The notes under the pieces were generated by a model that did no database searches, was not told the origin of the DNA, and saw only the letters and a program-made list of their open reading frames with translations. Position numbers and translations under genes: made by a program. Positions 37,957 to 46,483 of a stretch of 64,000 nt of DNA are shown here, one piece after another. Position 1 is the stretch's first letter. Every line of letters starts with the position of its first letter. The stretch covers positions 11,771-75,770 of the forward strand of contig JBIOUS010000012.1 in the NCBI GenBank assembly GCA_044867325.1. Reading direction: 5' to 3'. Source of the DNA: Thermoleophilaceae bacterium. GTDB taxonomy: Bacteria > Actinomycetota > Thermoleophilia > Solirubrobacterales > Thermoleophilaceae.

Positions 37957-38750
37957 GCCAGCGACTCGACGCACTGGTCCAGGCGACCCGCGAGGCAGTC
38001 GAGCGCCGCCGCGCCGCTGTGCCGCTCGCCGATCTGGAGCGTGCCGCCGCTGCGCGCACCGACGATGGGCGCCCGTTCACCGAGGCGCTGTCACGTCCCG
38101 GCACGTCGCTGATCGCCGAGCACAAGCGCCGCTCGCCGTCTGCGGGCGACATCCGACCCGGCTCGAGCTGCGAGGAGATCGTGTCCGCGTACGAGCGCGG
38201 TGGCGCCGCGGCGCTGTCTGTGCTCACCGAGGAGGCGCACTTCGGCGGCTCGCTGGACGATCTGCGCGCCGCCCGGGCGGCGACCGGCCTGCCGATCCTG
38301 CGCAAGGACTTCACGGTCGACCCGTACATGCTCTACGAGGCGCGTGCCGCCGGCGCCGATGCCGTGCTGCTGGTGGTGGGCTCGGTTCGCGACGGTGAGC
38401 TGGCGGACCTGCTGGCGGGAGCGCGCGAGCTCGACCTCGACGCGATCGTCGAGGTCCACAAGCCGGATGAGCTCGAAGTGGCGCTTGCCGTCGACGCCGA
38501 CGTGATCGGGATCAACAATCGCGATCTGACGGATTTCAGCGTCGACGTCGCACGGACCTTCGACCTTCTGCCCGACGTACCGGCAGGCAAGGTCGTCGTC
38601 TCAGAGTCGGGCATCGTGCGTCGCGAGCAGATCGAGGAGCTCGAGGGCGTTGGCGTCGACGCCGTCCTGGTCGGGGAGACGGTCATGCGCTCCGACGACC
38701 CCGAGGCGGCGGTTCGCGGGCTTTTAGGCGCGCTTAAGCAGCACGGCTAA
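37953..38750 (+). CDS. trpC: indole-3-glycerol phosphate synthase
   Basis: 'LIAEHKRRSPS.G.I', 'LSVLTE...F.GSL.DL', 'PILRKDF..D.Y', 'IGINNRDL.DF', 'V.ESGI' match the family. The start overlaps trpD by 4 nt. Confidence 0.95.
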   Translation: MSQRLDALVQATREAVERRRAAVPLADLERAAAARTDDGRPFTEALSRPGTSLIAEHKRRSPSAGDIRPGSSCEEIVSAYERGGAAALSVLTEEAHFGGSLDDLRAARAATGLPILRKDFTVDPYMLYEARAAGADAVLLVVGSVRDGELADLLAGARELDLDAIVEVHKPDELEVALAVDADVIGINNRDLTDFSVDVARTFDLLPDVPAGKVVVSESGIVRREQIEELEGVGVDAVLVGETVMRSDDPEAAVRGLLGALKQHG

Positions 38751-38761
38751 GACTGCGTGTC

Positions 38762-40000
38762 ATGAACGACACGACCCCGCCGCAGAAGCGCTCATCGATT
38801 CCAACTTTCCTGGCCGGGGCACTTGGGGGCCTGCTCGTGCTCGTCCTCGGTGCCGCGCTGATCGCGACCGACGTGATCGACACCGGGGACGACACGACGA
38901 CCGTCGAGCGCACGGCGCTGCCGACCCGTGCCGTGTCGGACTCCGGCGGCGACGGCCGAACTGTCGCCGACATCTACAAGCAAGAGGGCGCGGGGGTCGT
39001 GTTCGTCGTCGCGCAGCAGGAGGCGAGCTCTGAGACGTCGCCTTTCGGAACGCCGGACGGCGGCGGCGAGGCGACCGGCTCCGGCTTCGTCGTCGACAAG
39101 GACGGGACGATCGTCACTAACGCCCACGTGGTCGGCGAGGCTGAGAACGTGCAGGTCCGCTTCAAGGAGGACGGCGACCTCGTCGACGCCAAGGTTGTCG
39201 GCAAGGATCCGTCGACCGACGTCGCGGTGCTCAAGGTCGATCCCAGCGACGCCGATCTCCAGCCGCTGCCGCTCGGCAGCAGCGGCGACGCGCAGGTCGG
39301 CGACGCGGTCGTGGCGATCGGCAACCCGTTTGGCTACACCCGCTCGGTGACGACCGGCATCGTGTCGGCCAAGCAGCGCCAGATCACCGCGCCGAACGGC
39401 TTTTCGATCGAGAACGTGATCCAGACCGACGCTGCGATCAACCCCGGCAACTCGGGCGGTCCGCTGCTCGACGCCGAGGGTCGCGTGATCGGCATCAACT
39501 CACAGATCGCGACCGGTGGCTCACAGGGCTCGGTCGGGATTGGCTTCGCCGTGCCGATCGACACCGTCAAGGGCTTGCTGCCGACGCTGAAGCAGGGCGA
39601 GGAGATCGAGCGCGCCTACATCGGCATCGAGATGATCGGCGTGACCGAGGACATCGCACGTGACTTCAACCTCGAGGCCGACCAGGGCGCGCTGATTCAG
39701 AAGGTCGTCCCTGACGGCCCGGCCGACAAGGCGGGTCTGAAGGCGGGCGGCACGTCGACGGCTGACGGGATCCGCGCCGGTGGCGATCTGATCGTCGAGG
39801 TCAACGGCGAGGAGATCAAGACTCCGGACGACGTGCCCGCGGCGATCGCCGACCTCAAGCCTGGCGATGACGTCGAGGTCGTCTTCTACCGCGGCGACGA
39901 GCGCAAGACCGTCAAGGTCGAGCTCGCCAAGCGGCCTGCTTCGCTGGATAGCAGCCAGCAGCAGGACCAGGGTGGAGGCACCCTGCCAGATCTTCCATAG
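38762..40000 (+). CDS. HtrA/DegP-family trypsin-like serine protease with one PDZ domain and an N-terminal membrane anchor
   Basis: The catalytic triad contexts are 'TNAHVV', 'DVAVLKV' and 'GNSGGPLLD'. The PDZ domain shows 'GALIQKVVPDGPADKAGLKAG..'. The gene lies between trpC and trpF. Confidence 0.9.
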   Translation: MNDTTPPQKRSSIPTFLAGALGGLLVLVLGAALIATDVIDTGDDTTTVERTALPTRAVSDSGGDGRTVADIYKQEGAGVVFVVAQQEASSETSPFGTPDGGGEATGSGFVVDKDGTIVTNAHVVGEAENVQVRFKEDGDLVDAKVVGKDPSTDVAVLKVDPSDADLQPLPLGSSGDAQVGDAVVAIGNPFGYTRSVTTGIVSAKQRQITAPNGFSIENVIQTDAAINPGNSGGPLLDAEGRVIGINSQIATGGSQGSVGIGFAVPIDTVKGLLPTLKQGEEIERAYIGIEMIGVTEDIARDFNLEADQGALIQKVVPDGPADKAGLKAGGTSTADGIRAGGDLIVEVNGEEIKTPDDVPAAIADLKPGDDVEVVFYRGDERKTVKVELAKRPASLDSSQQQDQGGGTLPDLP

Positions 40001-40039
40001 CCGGCTCGATCGCTCCCACGGAGCCGGCTCGGAATACAC

Positions 40040-40068
40040 GCAGGCCCGTCCCTCCAGGGCGGGCCTGC
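40040..40068 (+). terminator. GC-rich hairpin after the protease gene (second of two; the first is 39999-40029)
   Basis: GCAGGCCCG(T)CCC-TCCA-GGGCGGGCCTGC forms a 12-bp stem. It is preceded by hairpin AGCCGGCTC..GAGCCGGCT. The U-tract is weak (GACGATTGTGGTGTG), so terminator function is inferred only. Confidence 0.35.
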
Positions 40069-40080
40069 GACGATTGTGGT

Positions 40081-40728
40081 GTGACCCGATTCAAGTCCTG
40101 CGGCATCACCAACCTCGACGACGCCCAACGCTGCGCCGATCTCGGCGCCTGGGCGGTCGGGCTGATCCTCTGGCCCGGTAGTCCGCGCGCCTGTCAGCCT
40201 GCGGCCGCCGAGCAGATCGGCGCCGCGCTGCATCGCCGCTGCGAGGTCGCGGGTGTCTTCGTCAATGCCACGCTCGACGAGGTCGCGCTGGCGGCCGACC
40301 GCTTCGGCCTGTCGCTGCTCCAGTTCCACGGCGACGAGGGGCCGGTCTACTGCCGCGAGGCCGCTCGTCGCACCGGCTGCAAGACGATGAAGGCCGTGCG
40401 CGTCAAGGACGCCGCATCGGTCCGCGGCATCGAGGCTTTCGGTACCGACTTCCACCTGCTCGATGCCTACGTCCCCGACGTGCGCGGTGGAACTGGCGCG
40501 ACCTTCGAGTGGGACCTGCTGCGCCACCACCGCGGTAGCGTGCCGGTCGTGCTCTCAGGGGGTCTGACAGCGGACAACGTCGGCGAGGCGATCGCCGCCA
40601 CGCACCCGTTCGCGGTCGACAGCGCGAGTGGGACAGAGTCCAGGCCCGGTCGCAAGGACCCCGCCAAGTTGGAGGCGTTCGTAAGGGCGGTGGCATGGGC
40701 CGACGAGCGTCAGGCGGTTCACGCTTGA
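40081..40728 (+). CDS. trpF: phosphoribosylanthranilate isomerase
   Basis: GTG start. 'FKSCGIT', '[10 protein letters not shown]', 'LLQFHGDE' and 'LLDAY.....GGTG..F.W' are present. Confidence 0.9.
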   Translation: MTRFKSCGITNLDDAQRCADLGAWAVGLILWPGSPRACQPAAAEQIGAALHRRCEVAGVFVNATLDEVALAADRFGLSLLQFHGDEGPVYCREAARRTGCKTMKAVRVKDAASVRGIEAFGTDFHLLDAYVPDVRGGTGATFEWDLLRHHRGSVPVVLSGGLTADNVGEAIAATHPFAVDSASGTESRPGRKDPAKLEAFVRAVAWADERQAVHA

Positions 40729-41903
40729 CCGCGTCAGACGCAATTTCCGGCGGCCGTGAGCGCGAGTTCGGCCCCTATGGCGGCCGATTCGTGCCGGAGA
40801 CGCTGATCCCGGCGCTCGACGAGCTCGAGCAGGCTTGGATCGAAGCGGTCGGCGACGCCGCTTTCGAGGACGAGCTCGGCGGCTTGCTGCGCGACTACGT
40901 AGGCCGTCCGACGCCGCTCTACCTCGCGCGCCGTCTGTCGGCGGAGGTCGGGGCGAAGGTCTATCTCAAGCGCGAGGACCTCAACCACACTGGCGCCCAC
41001 AAGATCAACAACGCGCTCGGCCAGGCGCTGCTGGCGAAGCGGATGGGCAAGCGGCGGATCATCGCCGAGACGGGCGCCGGCCAGCACGGTGTCGCGACGG
41101 CGACTGCCTGTGCGCTGCTCGACCTCGAATGCGTCGTCTACATGGGCAGCGAGGACATGCGCCGCCAGAAGCCGAACGTCGAGCGAATGGGTCTGCTCGG
41201 CGCGCGCGTCGAGGCCGTCGAGGCCGGGGCACGGACGCTCAAGGAGGCCGTCAGCGCGGCGATCCGCGACTGGGTCGCCAATGCCGCCACGACCCACTAC
41301 ATCATCGGCTCGGCGGTCGGGCCGGCCCCTTACCCGGCGATGGTACGTGACCTCCAACGCGTGATTGGCGATGAGCTGCGCGAGCAGATCCAAGCGATCG
41401 AGGGCCGGATGCCCGATCGGGTGATCGCCTGCGTTGGCGGCGGCTCGAACTCGATCGGGGCGTTCGCTCCGTTCGTGCTCGACAGCGAGGTCGAGCTGAT
41501 CGGTGTCGAGGCGGCGGGGGACGGGATCGAGACCGGACGCCATTCGGCTCCGCTGACCACCGGTGCGCGTGGCGTTCTGCACGGCGCAATGTCGGCGGTG
41601 CTCCAGGACGCCGACGGCCAGGTGCTGGAGGCGCACTCGGTATCCGCCGGGCTCGACTATCCGGGCTCCGGGCCAGAGCACGCGTGGCTGCGCGACGAGG
41701 GCCGTGTCCGCTACGTCGCCGTCGAGGACGACGACGCCGTCGACGCCTTCAAGCGGCTGGCACGGCTCGAGGGGATCATCCCGGCGCTCGAGCCGTCGCA
41801 CGCGCTCGCGTGGCTGCTCGCCAATCCGAACGCCGGCGGCGTCGACGCGCTCGTGCTGTCGGGTAGGGGCGACAAGGATCTCGCCGAGGTGCTGGCGCGT
41901 TGA
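40695..41903 (+). CDS. trpB: tryptophan synthase beta chain
   Basis: '[13 protein letters not shown]', '[16 protein letters not shown]' (PLP Lys) and '[11 protein letters not shown]' are present. A TTG at 40725, which makes a TTGA overlap with the trpF stop, is an alternative start. Confidence 0.95.
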   Translation: MGRRASGGSRLTASDAISGGREREFGPYGGRFVPETLIPALDELEQAWIEAVGDAAFEDELGGLLRDYVGRPTPLYLARRLSAEVGAKVYLKREDLNHTGAHKINNALGQALLAKRMGKRRIIAETGAGQHGVATATACALLDLECVVYMGSEDMRRQKPNVERMGLLGARVEAVEAGARTLKEAVSAAIRDWVANAATTHYIIGSAVGPAPYPAMVRDLQRVIGDELREQIQAIEGRMPDRVIACVGGGSNSIGAFAPFVLDSEVELIGVEAAGDGIETGRHSAPLTTGARGVLHGAMSAVLQDADGQVLEAHSVSAGLDYPGSGPEHAWLRDEGRVRYVAVEDDDAVDAFKRLARLEGIIPALEPSHALAWLLANPNAGGVDALVLSGRGDKDLAEVLAR

Positions 41904-42694
41904 GCACGGCCGGGGCGGTTTCCGGGGCGCAGCGGATCGAAGCGGCCTTCGCCGGTCACGGCAAGCGCGCTGCGCTGATGCCCTATCTGATGGGCGGCTA
42001 TCCCTCCGTGGACGAGTCGCTGGCCGCGGGGCTGGCGGCGGTCGACGCCGGCGCCGACCTGATCGAGCTTGGGATCCCGTTCTCGGATCCGCTCGCCGAC
42101 GGGCCGGTCATCCACGCCGCCGGTACGGCCGCCTTGGAGGCCGGGGTCACGCCGAGCGACGTGCTTGCCGTCTGCAAGAGCCTCTCGGAGCGCGTTCCCG
42201 TCGTCCTGATGGTCTACGCAAATATCGTCTTGGCGGACGGCACCGACAGATTCGTACGTGAGGCTGCCGCGGCCGGCGCGGCCGGGCTGATCGTCCCCGA
42301 CATGCCGCAGGACGAGGCGGCGACCACGCGCGCGGCCTGCGACGCCGCGGGCCTGGCGCTGGTTCCGCTGGTCGCCCCGTCGAGCACGCCCGAGCGAGTC
42401 GCCGAGATCGGTCGTCAGGCGCGCGGCTTCGTCTACGCGGTATCGCTTGCTGGCACGACCGGCGAGCGCGCCGAGCTGCCACCCGAGTTACCGCGGATGG
42501 TCGAGCGGATTCGCGCGGCGACCAGCGTCCCGGTAGCGGTCGGCTTTGGCATTTCCACCGGTCCACAGGCCGCCTCCGTCGGCGATCTCGCCGACGGAGT
42601 CATCGTCGGCAGCCGCATCGTGCGCGCCGCCGGCGAGGGCGGGGCGGACGCCGTCGGCGAGGTCGTCGCCGAGCTCGCCCGAGCGCTTCGGTAA
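41900..42694 (+). CDS. trpA: tryptophan synthase alpha chain
   Basis: The TTG start overlaps the trpB TGA. '[11 protein letters not shown]', '[21 protein letters not shown]' and 'GFGIS' are present. Confidence 0.94.
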   Translation: MSTAGAVSGAQRIEAAFAGHGKRAALMPYLMGGYPSVDESLAAGLAAVDAGADLIELGIPFSDPLADGPVIHAAGTAALEAGVTPSDVLAVCKSLSERVPVVLMVYANIVLADGTDRFVREAAAAGAAGLIVPDMPQDEAATTRAACDAAGLALVPLVAPSSTPERVAEIGRQARGFVYAVSLAGTTGERAELPPELPRMVERIRAATSVPVAVGFGISTGPQAASVGDLADGVIVGSRIVRAAGEGGADAVGEVVAELARALR

Positions 42695-42794
42695 GCGGAG
42701 GGCGCAGCCAGACCGGTCCGAGGGCGACGCCACGATGCTCGCGGGGGCGAGGTCTGGTGAGTACCGCAGCATCATCCGATAATCTGCCGCGCCC
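42694..42794 (+). repeat. copy 2 of the conserved intergenic element (see 28004-28102), ending at the ATG of a 62-aa membrane protein gene
   Basis: Blocks 42694-42719 and 42741-42772 match copy 1, with the same 21-nt spacing. A GATAAT hexamer at 42778-42783 lies 11 nt before the ATG. Confidence 0.7.
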
Positions 42795-42983
42795 ATGATC
42801 GTTCTAGTCACCCTCACCTTCGGCCTCGTCGTCTGGATCGTCGCCTGGGCCTTCGGCATCAAGGCTTTCGACGCGTTCCTGTTCACCGGCTTCGTCGCGC
42901 TCGCGGCCGCCGCGGTGCGGATCGCGATGCCGTTCGTGAAGCAGATCCTGACCGGCAAGACAGCGGCGCCGGGCGAGCAGTAG
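42795..42983 (+). CDS. small hypothetical membrane protein (2 TM helices, 62 aa)
   Basis: It has two hydrophobic helices, 'IVLVTLTFGLVVWIVAWAFGI' and 'FLFTGFVALAAAAVRIA', and GC3-biased codons. I recognise no family. Confidence 0.5.
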   Translation: MIVLVTLTFGLVVWIVAWAFGIKAFDAFLFTGFVALAAAAVRIAMPFVKQILTGKTAAPGEQ

Positions 42984-43009
42984 CCGCACTCTTCCTAGAA
43001 TCGGCGGCT

Positions 43010-44020
43010 GTGCGCCGCGCCCTCCCGCTCCTGTTCGCCGTCCTGGCGACGTCGATAGTCGCCTGCGGCGACGACAAGCCTGAGTCGACGCGCGTCCGCG
43101 GCGACACGCTGACCGTCTACGCGAGCGTTCCGGCGCATGGCGCCGAAGCGCGTGCCGGACGCGCGGCGGAGCTCGGAATGCGCCGTGCTCTCGCCGACGC
43201 CGGTGGCAAGGCCGACGGGCTCGAGGTCAAGCTCGTCAGCCTCCCGTCGACCCGCCCCGGCGACGAGACGTGGGATCCCGGGACGGTCGAGTCGAACGCC
43301 GACCGCGCCGCCGAGGATCCCACCACGATCGCCTACATCGGCGAGCTCGACCGCGGCGCCTCGGCGGTATCGCTGCCGGTCACCAACCGCGAGCAGATCC
43401 TTCAGGTGTCGCCGGCAGACACTCTCACCAGCCTGACGCGCCGACCTCCCGGCCGTCCGCGCGCCGGGCCGGAGCGCTACTACCCCTCTGAGCTGCAGAC
43501 GTTCGTCCGGCTGGTGCCGCCCGACCTGGGCGCCGCCCGCCGGGTAGTTGCCGATCTGCGCGCTCATAAGACTCGGCGACTGGCGATCGTCACCGGCGAC
43601 GGCATCGCCGACCACGAGTTCGAGGCGATGCTGCTCGGCTTGATCGGCACCGGTCAGCCGCAGACGGTCGATCGGTTCGCGGCGCCCGACCGGGACGATG
43701 GCCAGGACAGCGTCAGCGACCTCGCCGACGATCTCGTCGAGAGCGAGCCGCAGGCAATCGTCTACGTCGCCGCCGACAGCAGGCCGACGCAGGCGGTGCT
43801 GGCTGCGATCGCGGCGCGGATGCCGGGCGTGACCCTGATCACGGGGCCGGCTGCGGCGCGGCAGCAGGAGCTGCTTGCCAGGTCGGCGCGCTGCGCGCGC
43901 CTGCTCGGTCACGAGGCGATGCGCTTGACGCTCGCAGCGATCGACGCGGCGGGGCCGGACCGGCGCGCCGTCGTCAAGGCGGCGAAGGCTGCGCCGAAGC
44001 CGGTCAGTCCTTGCCGGTAG
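43010..44020 (+). CDS. hypothetical lipoprotein, possibly periplasmic-binding-protein (type I, LivJ-like) fold
   Basis: GTG start. The lipobox is 'LATSIVACGDD'. 'LTVYASVP..G' and 'IAYIGELDRGASAVSLPVTNREQILQVSPA' resemble branched-chain amino-acid-binding-type SBPs. The assignment is tentative. Confidence 0.55.
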   Translation: MRRALPLLFAVLATSIVACGDDKPESTRVRGDTLTVYASVPAHGAEARAGRAAELGMRRALADAGGKADGLEVKLVSLPSTRPGDETWDPGTVESNADRAAEDPTTIAYIGELDRGASAVSLPVTNREQILQVSPADTLTSLTRRPPGRPRAGPERYYPSELQTFVRLVPPDLGAARRVVADLRAHKTRRLAIVTGDGIADHEFEAMLLGLIGTGQPQTVDRFAAPDRDDGQDSVSDLADDLVESEPQAIVYVAADSRPTQAVLAAIAARMPGVTLITGPAAARQQELLARSARCARLLGHEAMRLTLAAIDAAGPDRRAVVKAAKAAPKPVSPCR

Positions 44021-44927
44021 CGAGCTCGAGCGCTCGCTCGAGCTGCGGTTCGCGGAACTCGTAACCCAGCTCCTGCAGGCGCGTTGGGACGGCACGTACA
44101 CCAGTCGTGACGATCTGGGCCATGTCGCCGTAGAGCGCCTTGACCGCGAGACCGGGGACCGGCGCGAAGGCCGGGCGGTGGAGGACACGGCCGAGGGTCT
44201 TCGACAGCGCGGCATTGGTCGCGGGCTCCGGCGCGGCGAGGTTGAGTGGCCCGACGGCGCCGCCGTTGTCGAGGCAGAAGATCAGCGCGCCGACGACGTC
44301 GTCGGTATGGACCCACGGCAGGTACTGGCGGCCACCGGCGACGGGACCGCCGACTCCGAGCTTGAACGGCGGCAGCATCTTCTCGAGCGCGCCGCCGGAG
44401 TCCGACAGGACGACACCGGTGCGTGTCAGGGCGACGCGGACGCCGAGATCGCCGGCTGCCTTCGCCTCGGCCTCCCAGTCGACGCAGACCTGCGCGAGGA
44501 AGTCGTCGCCAGCCGGCTCGTCCTCCGTCACGCGCTCGTCGCCACGCGGGCCGTAGAAGCCGCTCGCCGACTGCGAGACGAGGACGCCGGGCCGGCTCTC
44601 GGCCGGGAGCTCGCGCAGGCCCGCCACGAGGTTGCGCGTCGCCAGGACGCGCGAATCGCGGATCTCGCGCCGCGCCTGCTCGGTCCAGCGCTGCGCCACC
44701 GGCTCGCCGAGCAGGTGGATGACGCCGTCACGGCCGCTGAGTGCGCTCTGCTGCGGCTGCTCGCCCTTCGGGTCGGCCCACGTCGCGCCGGTGACACGGC
44801 CGGCGAACAGGTGCTCGGCCTTGCCGGCGTCGCGCGTGAGCACCGTCACCTCGTCGCCGCGGTCGAGCAGCTCCTCGACGAGCGGGCGGCCGAGCATGCC
44901 GGTCGCGCCGGTGACGGTGACTCTCAT
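44004..44927 (-). CDS. TIGR01777/YfcH-family NAD-dependent epimerase (SDR with DUF1731 C-terminus)
   Basis: 'MRVTVTGATGMLGRPLVEELL.RGDEV..L.R' is a Rossmann GxxGxxG N-terminus, and 'P.R.LQELGY.F..P.L..AL' is the tail. The ATG at 44927 is preferred over the TTG at 44933. Confidence 0.85.
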   Translation of the reverse strand: MRVTVTGATGMLGRPLVEELLDRGDEVTVLTRDAGKAEHLFAGRVTGATWADPKGEQPQQSALSGRDGVIHLLGEPVAQRWTEQARREIRDSRVLATRNLVAGLRELPAESRPGVLVSQSASGFYGPRGDERVTEDEPAGDDFLAQVCVDWEAEAKAAGDLGVRVALTRTGVVLSDSGGALEKMLPPFKLGVGGPVAGGRQYLPWVHTDDVVGALIFCLDNGGAVGPLNLAAPEPATNAALSKTLGRVLHRPAFAPVPGLAVKALYGDMAQIVTTGVRAVPTRLQELGYEFREPQLERALELATGKD

Positions 44928-44967
44928 CTCCAAGACCTTACGCGCGCCCGCGCCGGTCGGATGAGGT

Positions 44968-46416
44968 CTAGCTGGGGAGGCTCAGCTCGGCGGTCTGGTC
45001 GTCGAGACGGGCCGCGCCCTCGCGCTCGGCCTCTTCGGCGACCACGCGGGCCACCTCGCGGGCGACGTCGCGGTTGAATACCGAGGGGATGATGTAGTCC
45101 TCGGTGAGCTCCTCGTCGTCGATCGTCGCGGCGATTCCCTTCGCGGCGGCGATCTTCATCTCCTCGCTGATCTTGCGCGCGCGCACGTCGAGCGCGCCGC
45201 GGAAGATGCCCGGGAAGGCGAGCACGTTGTTGATCTGGTTCGGGTAGTCCGAGCGGCCGGTCGCCATCACGCGCACGTAGGGGGCGGCGTCCTCCGGCTT
45301 GACCTCGGGGTTCGGATTTGCCATCGCAAACACGAACGGGTCGGGGTTCATCCGCTGCAGATCCTTCGCCGAGATGATCCCGGGGCCGGACAGGCCGACG
45401 AATAGGTCGGTGCCCTCGAGCACGTCGGCCGGCGAGCCGTCGCGGCGCTCTTCGTTCGTGTTCTCGGCCAGCCAGCGCTTCGGGGCGTTCATCGAGCCGG
45501 CCTCGTAGTCCTCGCGGCCGGTGTGGATCGCGCCGAAGCGGTCGCAGGCGACGAACTTGGTGATCCCGGCGCCCATCATGATCTTCGCGCAGGCGACGCC
45601 GGCCGCGCCGGCGCCGGCCATCGACACCGAGAGGTCCTCGATGTTGCGGCCGGTCAGCCGGCAGGCGTTGATCAGAGCGGCCAGCACGACGATCGCCGTG
45701 CCGTGCTGGTCGTCGTGGAAGACCGGGATGTCGAGCTCCTCGATCAGCCGCTGCTCGATCTCGAAGCAGCGCGGCGAGGAGATGTCCTCGAGGTTGATGC
45801 CGCCGAAGGTCGGGGCGATCAGCTTGACCGTTTCGATGATCTTCTCGGGGTCCTTGGTGTCGAGCGCGATCGGGAAGGCGTCGACGTCGGCGAACTCCTT
45901 GAAGAGCATCGCCTTGCCCTCCATCACCGGCATCGCCGCCTCGGGGCCGATGTCGCCGAGGCCGAGCACCGCGGTGCCGTCGGTGACGACGGCGACCGTG
46001 TTCGCCTTGATCGTGTACTTGAACGCCTTCTGGCGGTTCTCGGCGATCGCGGTGCAGACGCGCGCCACGCCGGGGGTGTAGGCCATCGAGAGGTCGTCGC
46101 GCGTCTTCAGCGCAGACGAGAGGCCGGTGTAGATCTTGCCGCGGCGGTGCAGCTCGAAGGTGCGGTCCGTCGTCTCGACGAGCTTCGCCTCCTGGACGCT
46201 CTGGACCGCCTTGATGACGCGGCCGCGGTGGTCCTGGCTCTCGCAGTCGATCGTGATCTCGCGGATCGTCCCGTCGCCGCCGGCCTCGACGGTGTCGACC
46301 GCGACGATCGCGCCGCCGACCTTCGAGATCGCGGCGGTGACCTTGCTCAACGTGCCGGACTCGTGCGGGAGCTCGACGCGCAGTGTCAATGAGAACTGTG
46401 CGCTTGGGATAGCCAT
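44968..46416 (-). CDS. NAD(P)-dependent malic enzyme with N-terminal ACT domain
   Basis: The ACT-like N-terminus shows 'LRVELPHESGTLSKVTAAISKVGGAIVAV'. 'LSMAYTPGVA', 'VTDGTAVLGLGDIGPEAAMPVMEGKA.LFK', 'FGGINLEDI' and 'FHDDQHGTAIV' are also present. Confidence 0.93.
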   Translation of the reverse strand: MAIPSAQFSLTLRVELPHESGTLSKVTAAISKVGGAIVAVDTVEAGGDGTIREITIDCESQDHRGRVIKAVQSVQEAKLVETTDRTFELHRRGKIYTGLSSALKTRDDLSMAYTPGVARVCTAIAENRQKAFKYTIKANTVAVVTDGTAVLGLGDIGPEAAMPVMEGKAMLFKEFADVDAFPIALDTKDPEKIIETVKLIAPTFGGINLEDISSPRCFEIEQRLIEELDIPVFHDDQHGTAIVVLAALINACRLTGRNIEDLSVSMAGAGAAGVACAKIMMGAGITKFVACDRFGAIHTGREDYEAGSMNAPKRWLAENTNEERRDGSPADVLEGTDLFVGLSGPGIISAKDLQRMNPDPFVFAMANPNPEVKPEDAAPYVRVMATGRSDYPNQINNVLAFPGIFRGALDVRARKISEEMKIAAAKGIAATIDDEELTEDYIIPSVFNRDVAREVARVVAEEAEREGAARLDDQTAELSLPS

Positions 46417-46483
46417 ACGGGGAGGCGAAACATATAGACCGGCCGGCCTCGGCTCGGGCCGCGCCGCTCAGTAGCCTGGGCGC

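Noticed and set aside
42488-42958. A conserved peptide 'M(M)LRYSPDLAPAS' at the start of minus-strand ORFs 42488-42958 and 27097-28086. It could have been a small conserved gene or a toxin.
   Set aside because: The similarity is limited to the ~12 codons that cross the repeated intergenic element, and the sequences diverge immediately afterwards. No RBS is present, and both ORFs run antisense through well-supported genes (trpA, prmA). The peptide is a by-product of the DNA repeat.
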